In this document: positions 9,991 through 20,004 of the stretch, piece after piece
Layout of the letters: each line of letters opens with the position of its first letter
Position numbering within the stretch: position 1 is the first letter of the stretch
Assembly (NCBI GenBank): GCA_963740315.1
Contig: CAVUDP010000004.1
Location: 256,001-320,000, forward strand
From: an uncultured cyanobacterium
GTDB taxonomy: Bacteria > Cyanobacteriota > Cyanobacteriia > Cyanobacteriales > Nostocaceae
Direction: 5' to 3'
DNA length: 64,000 bases
Notes under the pieces: model-generated
The model's input: only the letters and a program-made list of their open reading frames with translations
Database searches by the model: none
Told to the model about the DNA's origin: nothing
Program-made: the position numbers and the translations under genes

Positions 9991-10733
9991 AAGAAACCAA
10001 AATATTTTAAGCCTTCAATAATTCCAAGAGCACATTCACTTTTCGCCAGGTAACGGTGGTTAGCAGGATTTTCATTATGCCATTGGATTAATTCCGGACG
10101 AGCGTTTCCCACAAGGATACCTCGTTCTTCTCCAACAGCAAATAAAGCAATATCATTGCCCGAATCACCGCAAGCCACCGTTCTTTCTGCTACAAAATTC
10201 CACTTTTGGCGGAGAAATTGCATTGCCTGACCTTTATCGCTGCAACTGGGTACAATGTCAAGGTCTATACCACTGCTATAGATTAATTTGACATCTAAAC
10301 CACTGGTTTTTAATATAGATGACAATTTCGGTAAAACCCCTGTTGCTACAGATTGTTCAAGGAAAAAGCTGACCTTGAATTGACCTTGTTCCGTGTCTGG
10401 CTGCGATCGTAACTCCGAGAAATCAGCAGTTTTAGATAATACCACTTCTCGGTTCCATCCTTGAGAAATTTTTTCCGACCAACTAGAATCGGGGGTATCG
10501 CTTTTATCTAAGTATATTTCCGTTCCTACGGATAAAACCAGAGCATCTGGATCTATAAGATTCCTTTCCTTTTTAAGTTCTTGATATAAAACTGGCGATC
10601 GCCCTGTAGCATATACAATTTTAGTGCCATATTCTTGACGGTGTTTGGTTAGAAGTTGCTCTAATTCTCTTAAAGCGTCATCGTCACCTACGAAGGTGTT
10701 ATCTAAATCCGTTACAAAGAGAAATTTAGCCAC
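9987..10733 (-). CDS. spp: Sucrose-phosphate phosphatase (HAD family)
   Basis: [41 protein letters not shown] start; 4-bp overlap with ruvA. Confidence 0.92.
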   Translation of the reverse strand: MAKFLFVTDLDNTFVGDDDALRELEQLLTKHRQEYGTKIVYATGRSPVLYQELKKERNLIDPDALVLSVGTEIYLDKSDTPDSSWSEKISQGWNREVVLSKTADFSELRSQPDTEQGQFKVSFFLEQSVATGVLPKLSSILKTSGLDVKLIYSSGIDLDIVPSCSDKGQAMQFLRQKWNFVAERTVACGDSGNDIALFAVGEERGILVGNARPELIQWHNENPANHRYLAKSECALGIIEGLKYFGFL

Positions 10734-11044
10734 GTCTTCATTACTTCCCTAGTTACAGCTTTACCATCAAAAAGTTTATGCTGTTTTGGGCATTAATTGT
10801 TAATCGTTAATTTGCAGGTTGAGTTAAAGGCGTTTCTGCTCGATCGAAAGTCTCGTATATGCTTTTAAGCCAATATCCAAGTTGCTGCACTACTAGATAT
10901 TTTTGATTTGTCGCATCAGAATAGCTGACTATTGAATTTTGAGATTTGAGATTTAAGTTTTAACTAAAATGCAAATTGAATATATAAAAGTGTTTTAATA
11001 AATAATTTTTATAGCCAAATTTTTTGTTTGGTGTTGTGAAATAA

Positions 11045-11073
11045 GGGAGACGTTGCAGTGCAACGTCTCTACA
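11045..11073. repeat. GTAG-type REP-like palindrome
   Basis: gggagacgttgcagtgcaacgtctctaca, directly after the panE stop codon. Confidence 0.8.
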
Positions 11074-12015
11074 TTATAGTTCGAGGTTTTTCGCATCTAA
11101 AAATTTAAGTTGTTGATACAAACATTCAATTTGCGGTAAGCTAACACCTTTTTGTTGTGCTTTGCGTAAGGGATTACCAAAAATTGCTTCTACTTCTAAA
11201 GGGCGATTTTCGTCATAGTCAATTTTCATGCTGGTGCGGTAGGGTTTCATTTTAACCGTGTAGTCGAGCATCATTTGAACAAAGCGATCGTCAATTGTTG
11301 TTCCATAAATGTGGGCACCTGCGACTACTTCACGCATCAATTGTTCGACTAATTTACGAGTATGAATATTCGCCATTAATTCATCTGTGGTAGCGTTGAG
11401 AATTACAGAAAGTCCGTTGTAAGGAATATTCCACACTAATTTTTGCCAACGTGCTTGACTCAAATCTTCTGTTAATTCAATTTTGATTCGGGCGTTTTCA
11501 AAATCTTCTTTTAAGAGGTGCATTCTAGCTGTAATTCCTACCGGGTTATAGTTTACAGCGTATTCTCCCAATTTTATTTGACCGTAATCTAAGTGACGAA
11601 TATGTCCCGGTGCTATTTTATTGGAACATAAAAAACACAATCCACCTATTACCTTGTCACTACCAACAATTTCTGCGATTTCTTCCTCAATTCCAAATCC
11701 ATTTTGTAATACCAACACCACGCCATCTTGTTTAACAACAGTCGGCAATATTTTTGCTAATAAATGGTTTTGCGTCGTTTTAAGTGCAACTACCACCACA
11801 TCGCACTTGGGCATATTTTCTACATTATGATAAGCATTAACTTTTGGTAAATTAAAGTCACCATCTTTTGACTCAACAATTAAACCATGTTCGGAAACGT
11901 ATTGATAATCTCGATTTAATAAAAAGTGGACGGTGACACCAGCTTTTTGCAGCTTAGCACCATAGAAACCCCCCAATGCACCAGTTCCGATAATAGCGTA
12001 TGTACGGTTAGACAT
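11074..12015 (-). CDS. panE: 2-dehydropantoate 2-reductase (ketopantoate reductase)
   Basis: GTGALGG Rossmann motif, LQNG, WQKLVWN, TSMKID, LEVEAIFG. Confidence 0.9.
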   Translation of the reverse strand: MSNRTYAIIGTGALGGFYGAKLQKAGVTVHFLLNRDYQYVSEHGLIVESKDGDFNLPKVNAYHNVENMPKCDVVVVALKTTQNHLLAKILPTVVKQDGVVLVLQNGFGIEEEIAEIVGSDKVIGGLCFLCSNKIAPGHIRHLDYGQIKLGEYAVNYNPVGITARMHLLKEDFENARIKIELTEDLSQARWQKLVWNIPYNGLSVILNATTDELMANIHTRKLVEQLMREVVAGAHIYGTTIDDRFVQMMLDYTVKMKPYRTSMKIDYDENRPLEVEAIFGNPLRKAQQKGVSLPQIECLYQQLKFLDAKNLEL

Positions 12016-12152
12016 AATCGATCGTTAATCCTTAATTCCCAATGCCTCATGCACATTTATATTTTGCCATTCTCCGTAGCATGGGATACAACTGACTAGA
12101 AACTTTTCGAGTTTGGATAAAAATCAATTATCAATTGTTCATTGATATTTGT

Positions 12153-12359
12153 TCATTGCTCACTGTCTTGAAGAGTTTCGATCGTTAAATCGACTTGTTG
12201 CTGTCGCTGTTGTAAAAAACTTTCGCATTCCCGCAAATATTTTACAGCAGCGCCAAATTGTTCAAAGACTTCTTCTAACTGTAATTCTCCGGCTTCAATG
12301 CGAGATATTATAGTTTCTATTTCTGCTACTTTGGTTTCGTAATTCCAGTTTTTTTCCAT
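12153..12359 (-). CDS. xseB: Exodeoxyribonuclease VII small subunit
   Basis: [24 protein letters not shown]; directly downstream of xseA. Confidence 0.92.
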   Translation of the reverse strand: MEKNWNYETKVAEIETIISRIEAGELQLEEVFEQFGAAVKYLRECESFLQQRQQQVDLTIETLQDSEQ

Positions 12360-12505
12360 AGTTATTTTTATGCTTGTTTTATAGGACTAATTTTTATATT
12401 ACCTGGCGCTTTGTTACCGCTGCTACACAGGCAAAACCCACCGTGGCAGGGGTTATTTATTTGAAATTTTTCTTGTGATATCAGTATTTTTCTGTTCCCT
12501 ACTCC

Positions 12506-13744
12506 CTACTGCCTATTCCCTTCAATTTCAATCACCTTTACTTTCGCTGCACCTTGACTTAAATTTATTAATAATTCTTCTCCTACTTCTAACTCTTGAG
12601 CATTACGAGCAATACTTCCATTTTCTTGTCTTACGACTGCATAGCCACGTTGCAAAACTGCCCTTGGGTTTAAGGTTATCAACTTTTGTCGCAATATTTC
12701 CAAACGCTGCTTTGATTGTTGTGATTTTAAATTCATTGCTCCTAACAGCTTTTCGCGTTTCCAACCCAAAGCAATTATTTCTTGTTCGACTTTCTTATCT
12801 AATTGATATCGCCCCAAACGATTTCGCAATTTTTGTACTTTATTTTGAGCGGTTTCCACAGAGTAATTAACTGCTTCAGATAAAGCTGCAACGCGATCGC
12901 AATGTTGATTATATAAATCATCGAGGGATGGTACAACTAATTCCGCAGCTGCTGTTGGAGTATGTACGCTTTCATCCGCAACCAAATCCGCTAAAGACTC
13001 ATCGCGTTGATGTCCGATACCAGTAATTACCGGAATTGAACAATCGGCGATCGCACGCACTACTCGTTCGTCATTAAAGCAGGCTAACTCTTCTACCGCA
13101 CCACCTCCCCTGGCTAATATCAAGACTTCAGCACGTCCATCATCTTGGACTCTTTGAATTGCTTTTGCGATAGAATTTGGTGCTTGTTCGCCCTGTACCG
13201 TAGCAGGTGAAAATAAAATATGTAAACCAGGATACCTAGACTTAAGTGTTTTCTTGATGTCACCCCAAGCCGCAGCGGTAGGGGAAGTGACAACAGCGAT
13301 CGTTTGCGGATGGGAAGGAAGCGGTTGTTTTCTTTCATCATCAAATAAACCTTCCGCTGACAAACGGTTTTTCAATTGTCGGTAGCGCAAAGCTTGTAAA
13401 CCCGCACCCGCAGGTATAGCTTGCCACACGCTAAGCTGATATTCTCCCCGCACCGGATACAAACGGATACTGCCTAAGACAATCAATTGCTCGCCAACAG
13501 CAGGCATTTGAGCGAGTTTCGGTACTTGAGTCTTCCAAGTCACGCATTTAATAGAAGCATCACCATCCGTATCTTGCAAAGTAAAAAATAACCCCGCACG
13601 ATGGTTATTAGCACTAGAAACCTCACCAGTTATCCAAACTTGTCGCAAAGTTGAATCTTCTTCCAACAGCGATTGGATATAGTCAGTTAAACCAGCCACC
13701 GAAAGCGGCGAATCAGGAATAAAATTTTTTTGTTTGGAATTCAT
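12506..13744 (-). CDS. xseA: Exodeoxyribonuclease VII large subunit
   Basis: VWITGEVS, EGLFD, VTSPTAAA, VQGE, ARGGG, GIGHQRD, TPTAAAE, VLQRGY. Confidence 0.96.
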   Translation of the reverse strand: MNSKQKNFIPDSPLSVAGLTDYIQSLLEEDSTLRQVWITGEVSSANNHRAGLFFTLQDTDGDASIKCVTWKTQVPKLAQMPAVGEQLIVLGSIRLYPVRGEYQLSVWQAIPAGAGLQALRYRQLKNRLSAEGLFDDERKQPLPSHPQTIAVVTSPTAAAWGDIKKTLKSRYPGLHILFSPATVQGEQAPNSIAKAIQRVQDDGRAEVLILARGGGAVEELACFNDERVVRAIADCSIPVITGIGHQRDESLADLVADESVHTPTAAAELVVPSLDDLYNQHCDRVAALSEAVNYSVETAQNKVQKLRNRLGRYQLDKKVEQEIIALGWKREKLLGAMNLKSQQSKQRLEILRQKLITLNPRAVLQRGYAVVRQENGSIARNAQELEVGEELLINLSQGAAKVKVIEIEGNRQ

Positions 13745-13796
13745 CTCAGGTTTATTCTATATAAGCGAGCAGTAAATATATAAATAATTTTGCACG

Positions 13797-13900
13797 ATTA
13801 CTACTCCACCACATTAATTTTAAAAGGTTGTAGAGACGTAGCACTGCTACGTCTCCCGACATTTATAAGAAAACGAAGCCATATATGGTGGAGTACTAAT
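13797..13900. mobile_element. MITE-like element with 18-bp terminal inverted repeats enclosing a GTAG REP
   Basis: attactactccaccacat (13797-13814) and atatggtggagtactaat (13883-13900) are 16/18 complementary; internal tgtagagacgtagcactgctacgtctccc at 13829-13857. Confidence 0.55.
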
Positions 13901-14038
13901 TAATTATTAGTTTTTACTTTTTAGCGGTTAACCGTATTAATTCTGATGGTTACACATTTGTAGTCACCTCTCACTTGCAAATTATTATTAGGGAGCGAGA
14001 ATAAAGATTAACTCCTAACTCCTAACTCTATATAAACC

Positions 14039-14623
14039 ATGAATCTCGAATCTCTCCTCAAACTCAACCGTACAATTCGTGTAATTGGCTTTGACGACGC
14101 GCCATTTATTCGCGGTGCTGGCAAAAGCGTCAATTTAGCCGGAATTATTTGTGCGGCAACTCGTTTTGAAGGGATGGTTTGGGGGGAATTGCAACCAGAT
14201 GGTTTTGATGCAACGGAAGCTATTTGCAAAATATTAATAGGCAGCAAATTTTTACCGCAATTACATATAGTATTGCTCGACGGAATTGGTTTTGGTGGAT
14301 TTAACGTAGTTGACTTACCAACATTAGCCGAAAAACTACAGCTTCCCTGCGTCGCCGTCATGCGTCGTCAACCCGATTTAGATGCAGTTATCGACGCAAT
14401 GAGTCATTTACCAAACTTAGAAAAACGCCAAGAATTATTAAAACGTGCGGGTACAATTCACGAATATTCACCCTTTGTATTTCAAGTATGCGGTGAAGAA
14501 CCGGAAATAATTGCCAAAGTGTTAGAAAAATTAACCGATTGCGGAAAAGTCCCCGAAGCTTTACGGTTAGCGCATTTGATTTCTGCGGCAGTTATTAAAG
14601 GAGAAAGCGGAAGCTCTGCTTAA
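14039..14623 (+). CDS. DUF99 family protein (endonuclease V-like / endonuclease dU)
   Basis: RVIGFDDAPF, DGFDAT, LLDGIGFGGFNVVD, GKVPEALRLAHLI. Confidence 0.85.
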   Translation: MNLESLLKLNRTIRVIGFDDAPFIRGAGKSVNLAGIICAATRFEGMVWGELQPDGFDATEAICKILIGSKFLPQLHIVLLDGIGFGGFNVVDLPTLAEKLQLPCVAVMRRQPDLDAVIDAMSHLPNLEKRQELLKRAGTIHEYSPFVFQVCGEEPEIIAKVLEKLTDCGKVPEALRLAHLISAAVIKGESGSSA

Positions 14624-14651
14624 TTAATTTTGGATTGATAAAAGCATATTT

Positions 14652-14718
14652 GTTCGTAGTAAGGGCTTTAGCCCTACAAAACTTAAGATAAGGGCTAAAG
14701 CCCTTCCTTACTACAAAC
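14652..14718. repeat. REP-like doublet (cgtagtaagggctttagccct...agggctaaagccct...tactac)
   Basis: Inverted pair of palindromes with GTAG/CTAC ends. Confidence 0.7.
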
Positions 14719-14727
14719 CTTTACCTT

Positions 14728-15384
14728 ATGCAACCAACAAGAAAACCAAGAGTTAAAATCTGCTGTATTTCCAGCATCGAAGAAGCATGGATTGCTATTC
14801 GCTGCGGTGCTTCGGCATTAGGATTTGTATCTCATATGCCCAGCGGACCTGGTGTTATTTCGGAAGCATCGATCGCCGGAATAGTCGCTCAAATACCGCC
14901 ACCGATCGCCACTTTTTTACTTACTTCCAATCAAGATACTCAAGAAATTATTCAGCAAATCAAGCGCTGCGGTACAAACACTTTACAAATTTGCGACAAC
15001 ATAAAATCTGGAGGTTACGAAGATATTCGAGAAGCCTTACCTGGAATTTCCGTAGTGCAAGTAATTCATGTGACTGACGAAGAATCAATCAATGAAGCAA
15101 TTAAAATATCGCAATTTGTAGATGCAATTTTACTTGATTCCGGTAATCAATCTTTAACAGTAAAAGAATTAGGAGGAACCGGAAGAATTCATAATTGGGA
15201 AATTAGTAGAAAAATTCGCGATCGCCTAAAAATACCAATCTTTCTCGCAGGAGGATTAAAACCCGAAAACGTCGCTTTAGCAGTAAAACAAGTTGCACCT
15301 TTCGGACTTGATGTGTGTAGTGGAGTTCGCACAAATGACAAATTGGATGAAGATAAACTCAAACGTTTTTTTGAACAACTTTAG
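14728..15384 (+). CDS. trpF: Phosphoribosylanthranilate isomerase family protein
   Basis: RVKICCI, LLDSG, GGTGRIHNW, FLAGGLKPENV, GLDVCSGV. Confidence 0.85.
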   Translation: MQPTRKPRVKICCISSIEEAWIAIRCGASALGFVSHMPSGPGVISEASIAGIVAQIPPPIATFLLTSNQDTQEIIQQIKRCGTNTLQICDNIKSGGYEDIREALPGISVVQVIHVTDEESINEAIKISQFVDAILLDSGNQSLTVKELGGTGRIHNWEISRKIRDRLKIPIFLAGGLKPENVALAVKQVAPFGLDVCSGVRTNDKLDEDKLKRFFEQL

Positions 15385-15434
15385 CAATGCTTCTATCAAC
15401 GTCATAATAGACATAAAAGCCAAAACCTGAGAAC

Positions 15435-16115
15435 ATGACAATTATTACTTCAACTAAAAAACAGTCTCAAATCTTCTACCCTAGTTCTGATGGAGAACCC
15501 GTGGCTGAAACTTATACCCATCTCTACGCATTATTAACAACCCTCGAAGTACTGCGACAATATCTTACAGGACAACAGGCAACAGTTTTAGCAAATCAAT
15601 TTTTATATTATGCTCAAGGTTTCCCGAAATTGCGAATAGCTCCCGACGTAATGGTAATTTTTGACGTTGCACCCGGAGGTAGAGATAATTATAAAATTTG
15701 GGAAGAAGGTAAAGTCCCTTCAGTTGTTTTTGAAATGACATCCAAGGGTACGCAAAATCAAGATATAGAATATAAAAAAACCTTGTACGAACAGTTAGAA
15801 ATACAAGAATACTGGCTTTTCGATCCTAAAGGTGAATGGATAGAAGAAAAATTACGCGGTTATCGTTTGCGAGGAGAAAGCTACGAATTAATTACAGATA
15901 GTCGCAGCGAACCATTAAAATTACGTTTAGCGATAGAAGACGAATTAATCGGTTTTTACCGCGAAGATACCGGAGAGAAATTATTAATTCCCGATGAATT
16001 AGCAACCAAGCTAAGCCAAGAAACTCAAGCAAGACAAGAAGCAGAAAATCGTGCAAATGAAGCTGAGATGCTATTAGCTCGTTACCGAGAACGTTTTGGA
16101 GATTTGAACGAGTAA
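15435..16115 (+). CDS. Uma2 family (DUF820) putative restriction endonuclease
   Basis: YPSSDGEPVAE, APDVMV, VVFEMTS, EYWLFDP; coiled-coil tail. Confidence 0.92.
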   Translation: MTIITSTKKQSQIFYPSSDGEPVAETYTHLYALLTTLEVLRQYLTGQQATVLANQFLYYAQGFPKLRIAPDVMVIFDVAPGGRDNYKIWEEGKVPSVVFEMTSKGTQNQDIEYKKTLYEQLEIQEYWLFDPKGEWIEEKLRGYRLRGESYELITDSRSEPLKLRLAIEDELIGFYREDTGEKLLIPDELATKLSQETQARQEAENRANEAEMLLARYRERFGDLNE

Positions 16116-16320
16116 TTATGTAGGGGAGGCAAATTAGGGTGTAGATTTTCTTCCCCTAATATTGCCGTTGTGTTACGGCTTTAATATGTTGAATTATAAA
16201 TTACCATATTGAAAATGCCGTAACGCACCATTTATGGTATATCGGAGTTTTTTAAAATGCCGTAACGCACTCTTAATATACAAAAAAATTTAGGCGCAAA
16301 ACTATTTGCACCATCAAATA

Positions 16321-16446
16321 TAGGACTTACGCAACCGGCATATTTTTATTGTAGGGTGCTGTGACACTTATAGAAATTCTGAACGCAGCAACAAGGTTTC
16401 TGGTGTCACGCACCAACCAAAGATTGTCACACTTGCGTAAGTCCTG
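16321..16446. mobile_element. MITE with AGGACTTACGCAA terminal inverted repeats and a 5-bp flanking direct repeat
   Basis: aggacttacgcaa (16322-16334) and ttgcgtaagtcct (16433-16445); aaata on both sides (16316-16320, 16447-16451); internal gtagggtgctgtgacac...gtgtcacgcacc hairpin. Confidence 0.75.
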
Positions 16447-16527
16447 AAATACAGCGGTTTTTTTCTTTGCAATTAAAACTTAAAATTATTATTTTCAACA
16501 ATCTTTATTATTATCACAATAATCCTT

Positions 16528-16590
16528 GGTGCGTGACGCTACAAACCTCTCAATTTCTAACCAAATTTCTCTAAGCGTCACACACCCTAC
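16528..16590. repeat. GTAG-type long-spacer palindrome (ggtgcgtgacgct...agcgtcacacaccctac)
   Basis: Same family as 62486..62550 and the hairpin inside the MITE. Confidence 0.7.
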
Positions 16591-16740
16591 TAGTGCATTT
16601 CATTAATTTTGATAGGTAACAAAGGTTCGTAGTAAGTGCTTCAGCGCTCCGGATTTGGGATTAAAGTCGGCACGTAGAACCCATCAGAATTAATGAAAAG
16701 AAGTACTACAATTATGATAAAAATACGTAAAAATCACAAA

Positions 16741-16770
16741 TGTAGAGACGCGATATATCGCGTCTCTACA
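16741..16770. repeat. Perfect 30-bp GTAG REP palindrome after asnS
   Basis: tgtagagacgcgatatatcgcgtctctaca. Confidence 0.85.
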
Positions 16771-16776
16771 ATAATT

Positions 16777-18165
16777 CTAAAACTCCGCATTCTCCGGAGT
16801 ACGTGGAAACGGAATCACATCGCGAATATTCGCCATTCCCGTCATAAACTGCACCAATCTTTCAAAACCCAATCCAAAACCAGCATGAGGTACTGTACCA
16901 TAACGACGTAAATCCATGTACCACCATAAATCTTCTGGTTTCATTCCTTGGGCTTTAATGCGACTTTCCAACACATCATATCTTTCCTCACGCTGGGAAC
17001 CTCCAATAATTTCGCCTATTTTCGGTGCTAAAACATCCATTGCAGCAACGGTTTTTTCATCATCGCTCAACCGCATATAAAAAGCTTTAATTTCTGTCGG
17101 ATAATCGCTAACAATAACTGGCTTTTTAAACAGTTGTTCGCACAAATAGCGCTCGTGTTCCGATTGTAAATCTAAACCCCAATTTACCGGATATTCAAAT
17201 TGGACATCGGCTTTTTCTAAAAGTTTGACAGCTTCTGTATAAGTAATTCGCTCAAATTTATTATTAATAATATTCTCTGCGGTTTCTAAAACTGTCTTAT
17301 CAACTCGCAAATTGAAAAAATCCATGTCTTCGGGACATTTATCCATCACATATTTGAAGACATATCTCAGAAACTCCTCAGCTAAATCCATGTCTTCAGA
17401 AAGTTCGCAAAAAGCCATTTCCGGCTCAACCATCCAAAATTCTGCGAGGTGACGCGAAGTATTGGAATTTTCCGCACGGAAGGTAGGACCAAAGGTATAA
17501 ACGTTACCAAACGTCATCGCCATAATTTCGGCTTCTAACTGACCGCTAACCGTTAAATATGTCGGTCTACCAAAAAAGTCTTTGCTATAGTCTACCTTTT
17601 TATCTTCCGTGAGGGGAACGTTTTTTAAATCTAAATTAGTAACGTTGAAAAGTTCTCCCGCACCTTCGCAATCGCTAGCGGTGATAATCGGCGTATGTAC
17701 CCACAAAAAGCCGCGCTGTTGGAAAAATTCATGAATCGCCGTCGCACAAGCATTACGCACCCGCAAAACCGCACCCAAGGAATTGGTACGGCTGCGTAAA
17801 TGTCCTATAGTTCTGAGAAACTCAAAAGAATGGCGTTTCTTCTGTAGCGGATAATCTGGATCTGCTTCACCGTAAACTTTTGCCGCTTCGGCTTTTAATT
17901 CAATTCTTTGTCCTTTTCCTTGAGACTCAACGACTATTCCCGATGCTTCCACGGAGGCACCTGTATTTAATTGTTTTAATATATTCTCATAATCCGGTAA
18001 ATCCTGGTTTAGTACAACTTGCAAATTAGCCAGAGATGAACCATCATTAACTTCAATAAAAGCAAAACCTTTTAATTCACGCTTCGTTCTTACCCAACCT
18101 TGTACCTTTACCGACTCGTCAGGTTGAGCGCTGCGTAATATTTCTGCAATCCGTCTTTCTATCAT
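16777..18165 (-). CDS. asnS: Asparagine--tRNA ligase
   Basis: [64 protein letters not shown]; likely ATG at 18165. Confidence 0.97.
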   Translation of the reverse strand: MIERRIAEILRSAQPDESVKVQGWVRTKRELKGFAFIEVNDGSSLANLQVVLNQDLPDYENILKQLNTGASVEASGIVVESQGKGQRIELKAEAAKVYGEADPDYPLQKKRHSFEFLRTIGHLRSRTNSLGAVLRVRNACATAIHEFFQQRGFLWVHTPIITASDCEGAGELFNVTNLDLKNVPLTEDKKVDYSKDFFGRPTYLTVSGQLEAEIMAMTFGNVYTFGPTFRAENSNTSRHLAEFWMVEPEMAFCELSEDMDLAEEFLRYVFKYVMDKCPEDMDFFNLRVDKTVLETAENIINNKFERITYTEAVKLLEKADVQFEYPVNWGLDLQSEHERYLCEQLFKKPVIVSDYPTEIKAFYMRLSDDEKTVAAMDVLAPKIGEIIGGSQREERYDVLESRIKAQGMKPEDLWWYMDLRRYGTVPHAGFGLGFERLVQFMTGMANIRDVIPFPRTPENAEF

Positions 18166-18267
18166 ATATTTTTCTTCCAAGAATAAAAATTAGGTGCTGT
18201 TGGTTGTTAGTGGTTAGTGGTTAGTGGTTAGTTGTTAATTGTTTTTAACTCCTAACTCCTAACTCCC

Positions 18268-18297
18268 GTACAGACGTAGCAGTGCTACGTCTCTACA
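18268..18297. repeat. GTAG REP-like palindrome next to STRR tracts
   Basis: gtacagacgtagcagtgctacgtctctaca, preceded by (gttagtg)n and (aactcct)n. Confidence 0.75.
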
Positions 18298-18301
18298 TCT
18301 C

Positions 18302-18712
18302 CTACCTAACAACAGACTTTAATAACCAGCCTATGATAACGCCCAATCCACCAAAGCGGACTACTTGCCAAAATAAGTCTTTCAAACCGCTTTTAGTAAA
18401 TATAACGCTACCACCAAACAGCACTAAATAACTCTCGGAAAACAAGCCTAAAGCATTATCCAAGCTTTCTAACTGTTCTTTAATCTGTTTCAACTCCGCT
18501 AAAAGCGATCGCGAAGTGGTTTGTTGCATTTCCTTTTTAATTTCGTCAAAACGCCGCACCAATTCTATCTGACGTTGTTTATCGGCGAGCATTTGGGCAT
18601 AACGCTGTTTTAACTCACCAAGGCGAGACTCGACTGATAATATTTCTTGTTCTAATTCTTGTTCGAGATTTTGCTCAACCGAAGATTGAGAAGATTGTTT
18701 GGGCGACTCCAT
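18302..18712 (-). CDS. Hypothetical coiled-coil protein with C-terminal membrane anchor
   Basis: Heptad-rich N-terminus; FWQVVRFGGLGVIIGWLLKS. Confidence 0.8.
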   Translation of the reverse strand: MESPKQSSQSSVEQNLEQELEQEILSVESRLGELKQRYAQMLADKQRQIELVRRFDEIKKEMQQTTSRSLLAELKQIKEQLESLDNALGLFSESYLVLFGGSVIFTKSGLKDLFWQVVRFGGLGVIIGWLLKSVVR

Positions 18713-18759
18713 GAGGGAAGTATTACAGTAAAAGAGAATGTTTCATCCGCCTCCTCGTT

Positions 18760-19047
18760 ATGTCTCAATCCAGCCAACTGCCTAAAACTAGTCAACTGCA
18801 AGATTTAAGTACAGTAGAAATAGCTCAAGCTCTATTGGAGAGATTGAGTATATCCCCTAACGATTGGCATCGCCTCAAGTCTAACCGCAAAGTTCGCGCT
18901 TGCGAACAAACAGCAGCCGCCCTCGTGTTTCTTCTTTCCGAACAACCCGAAGAAGCACAAGCCAGATTAGAACAAGCTACAGGCTGGTTAAATCGCTCTA
19001 TTAGTGCGCCACCTTGCCCGACTCACGGACAAAAAAAAGACGGTTAG
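18760..19047 (+). CDS. Conserved cyanobacterial hypothetical protein (DUF6439-like)
   Basis: ERLSISPNDWHRLK...ISAPPCPTHG. Confidence 0.8.
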   Translation: MSQSSQLPKTSQLQDLSTVEIAQALLERLSISPNDWHRLKSNRKVRACEQTAAALVFLLSEQPEEAQARLEQATGWLNRSISAPPCPTHGQKKDG

Positions 19048-19126
19048 TTGTTAGTTGATAGTTATTAGTTGCTTATTATTTCAACTTCTAACTTTTAACT
19101 CCTAACTCCTAACTCCTAACTAATAA

Positions 19127-19582
19127 CTAATTCCGTAACAGAGGTATCCTGCTACGTCTATGCTCTAACTGCTTGCATAAGCGTAATTCCGTACCTCTAC
19201 GGTTCCATTCTACCTGGTCAAAAATTAGATGCAGTATTGATAAACCGCGACCATTTTCTGATTCGTCAGGTGGCAGATATTCGCTGGGATCTTCTTCACA
19301 ATCGCATTCAGGAATAAATCCTTTGCCTTGATCTGATATTACCCACCAATATCTATCATCAATTAAAGAAAAACGAACTACGACTTTTTTTCCAGGATCG
19401 AGATTATTGCCATGCTTCGCTGCATTGACTAAGGCTTCTTGAAGTCCTAGTCTCAATTCAGCTTGCATTTCTCCTGGAATTTCTGTCAAAAGTAAATCTA
19501 ATATTGGGCAGAGATATAGAGTTGAGGCAAAACTAATCGTGCCCCAGTTACGTCCTACCGGACGAAGTGAAATGGTAATCAC
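19127..19582 (-). CDS. pmgA: PmgA-type anti-sigma-factor / Ser kinase-like ATP-binding protein
   Basis: SFASTLYLCPILDLLL, LRLGLQEALVNAAKHGN, ISDQGKGF, ENGRGL; GTG start. Confidence 0.85.
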   Translation of the reverse strand: MITISLRPVGRNWGTISFASTLYLCPILDLLLTEIPGEMQAELRLGLQEALVNAAKHGNNLDPGKKVVVRFSLIDDRYWWVISDQGKGFIPECDCEEDPSEYLPPDESENGRGLSILHLIFDQVEWNRRGTELRLCKQLEHRRSRIPLLRN

Positions 19583-20004
19583 AAGAGAAACCCCGTAGCT
19601 TTCGGCTCAAGCTAGACATGACTTTTACTATCTACCACGCACCCTGAAAGTGATTTGAGGTGGTCATGTGCCTTAATTTTTATGTTCGTACAACTAATTT
19701 TTGTATGCTACTTAGCATTGACTCTTTTTATCAAATAAAGGTTGCTTCAATTCAAATCGACTGATTTTTTTTTAATTACAAACCGCTTACAAACTATAAA
19801 CCTACTTCAAGTATTAATGAGTACCTTAATACTCGTAAAACTTAGCCGATTTGTAATTTAAACAACTTCTTTTTTCTTTTTTTAAGAGTCTGGTATTACG
19901 CCAATTTCTTTATACAAAAGGTATTCTATATTTAGATTAATTCAATTTTAGCATTTTTACTATGCGCTAGACTACAAATTTGAAATTTCACCTTCTTATT
20001 TAGA

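Noticed and set aside
19811..19824. GTA-N8-TAC upstream of pmgA
   Set aside because: No appropriately spaced -10 in the pmgA direction; expected by chance.
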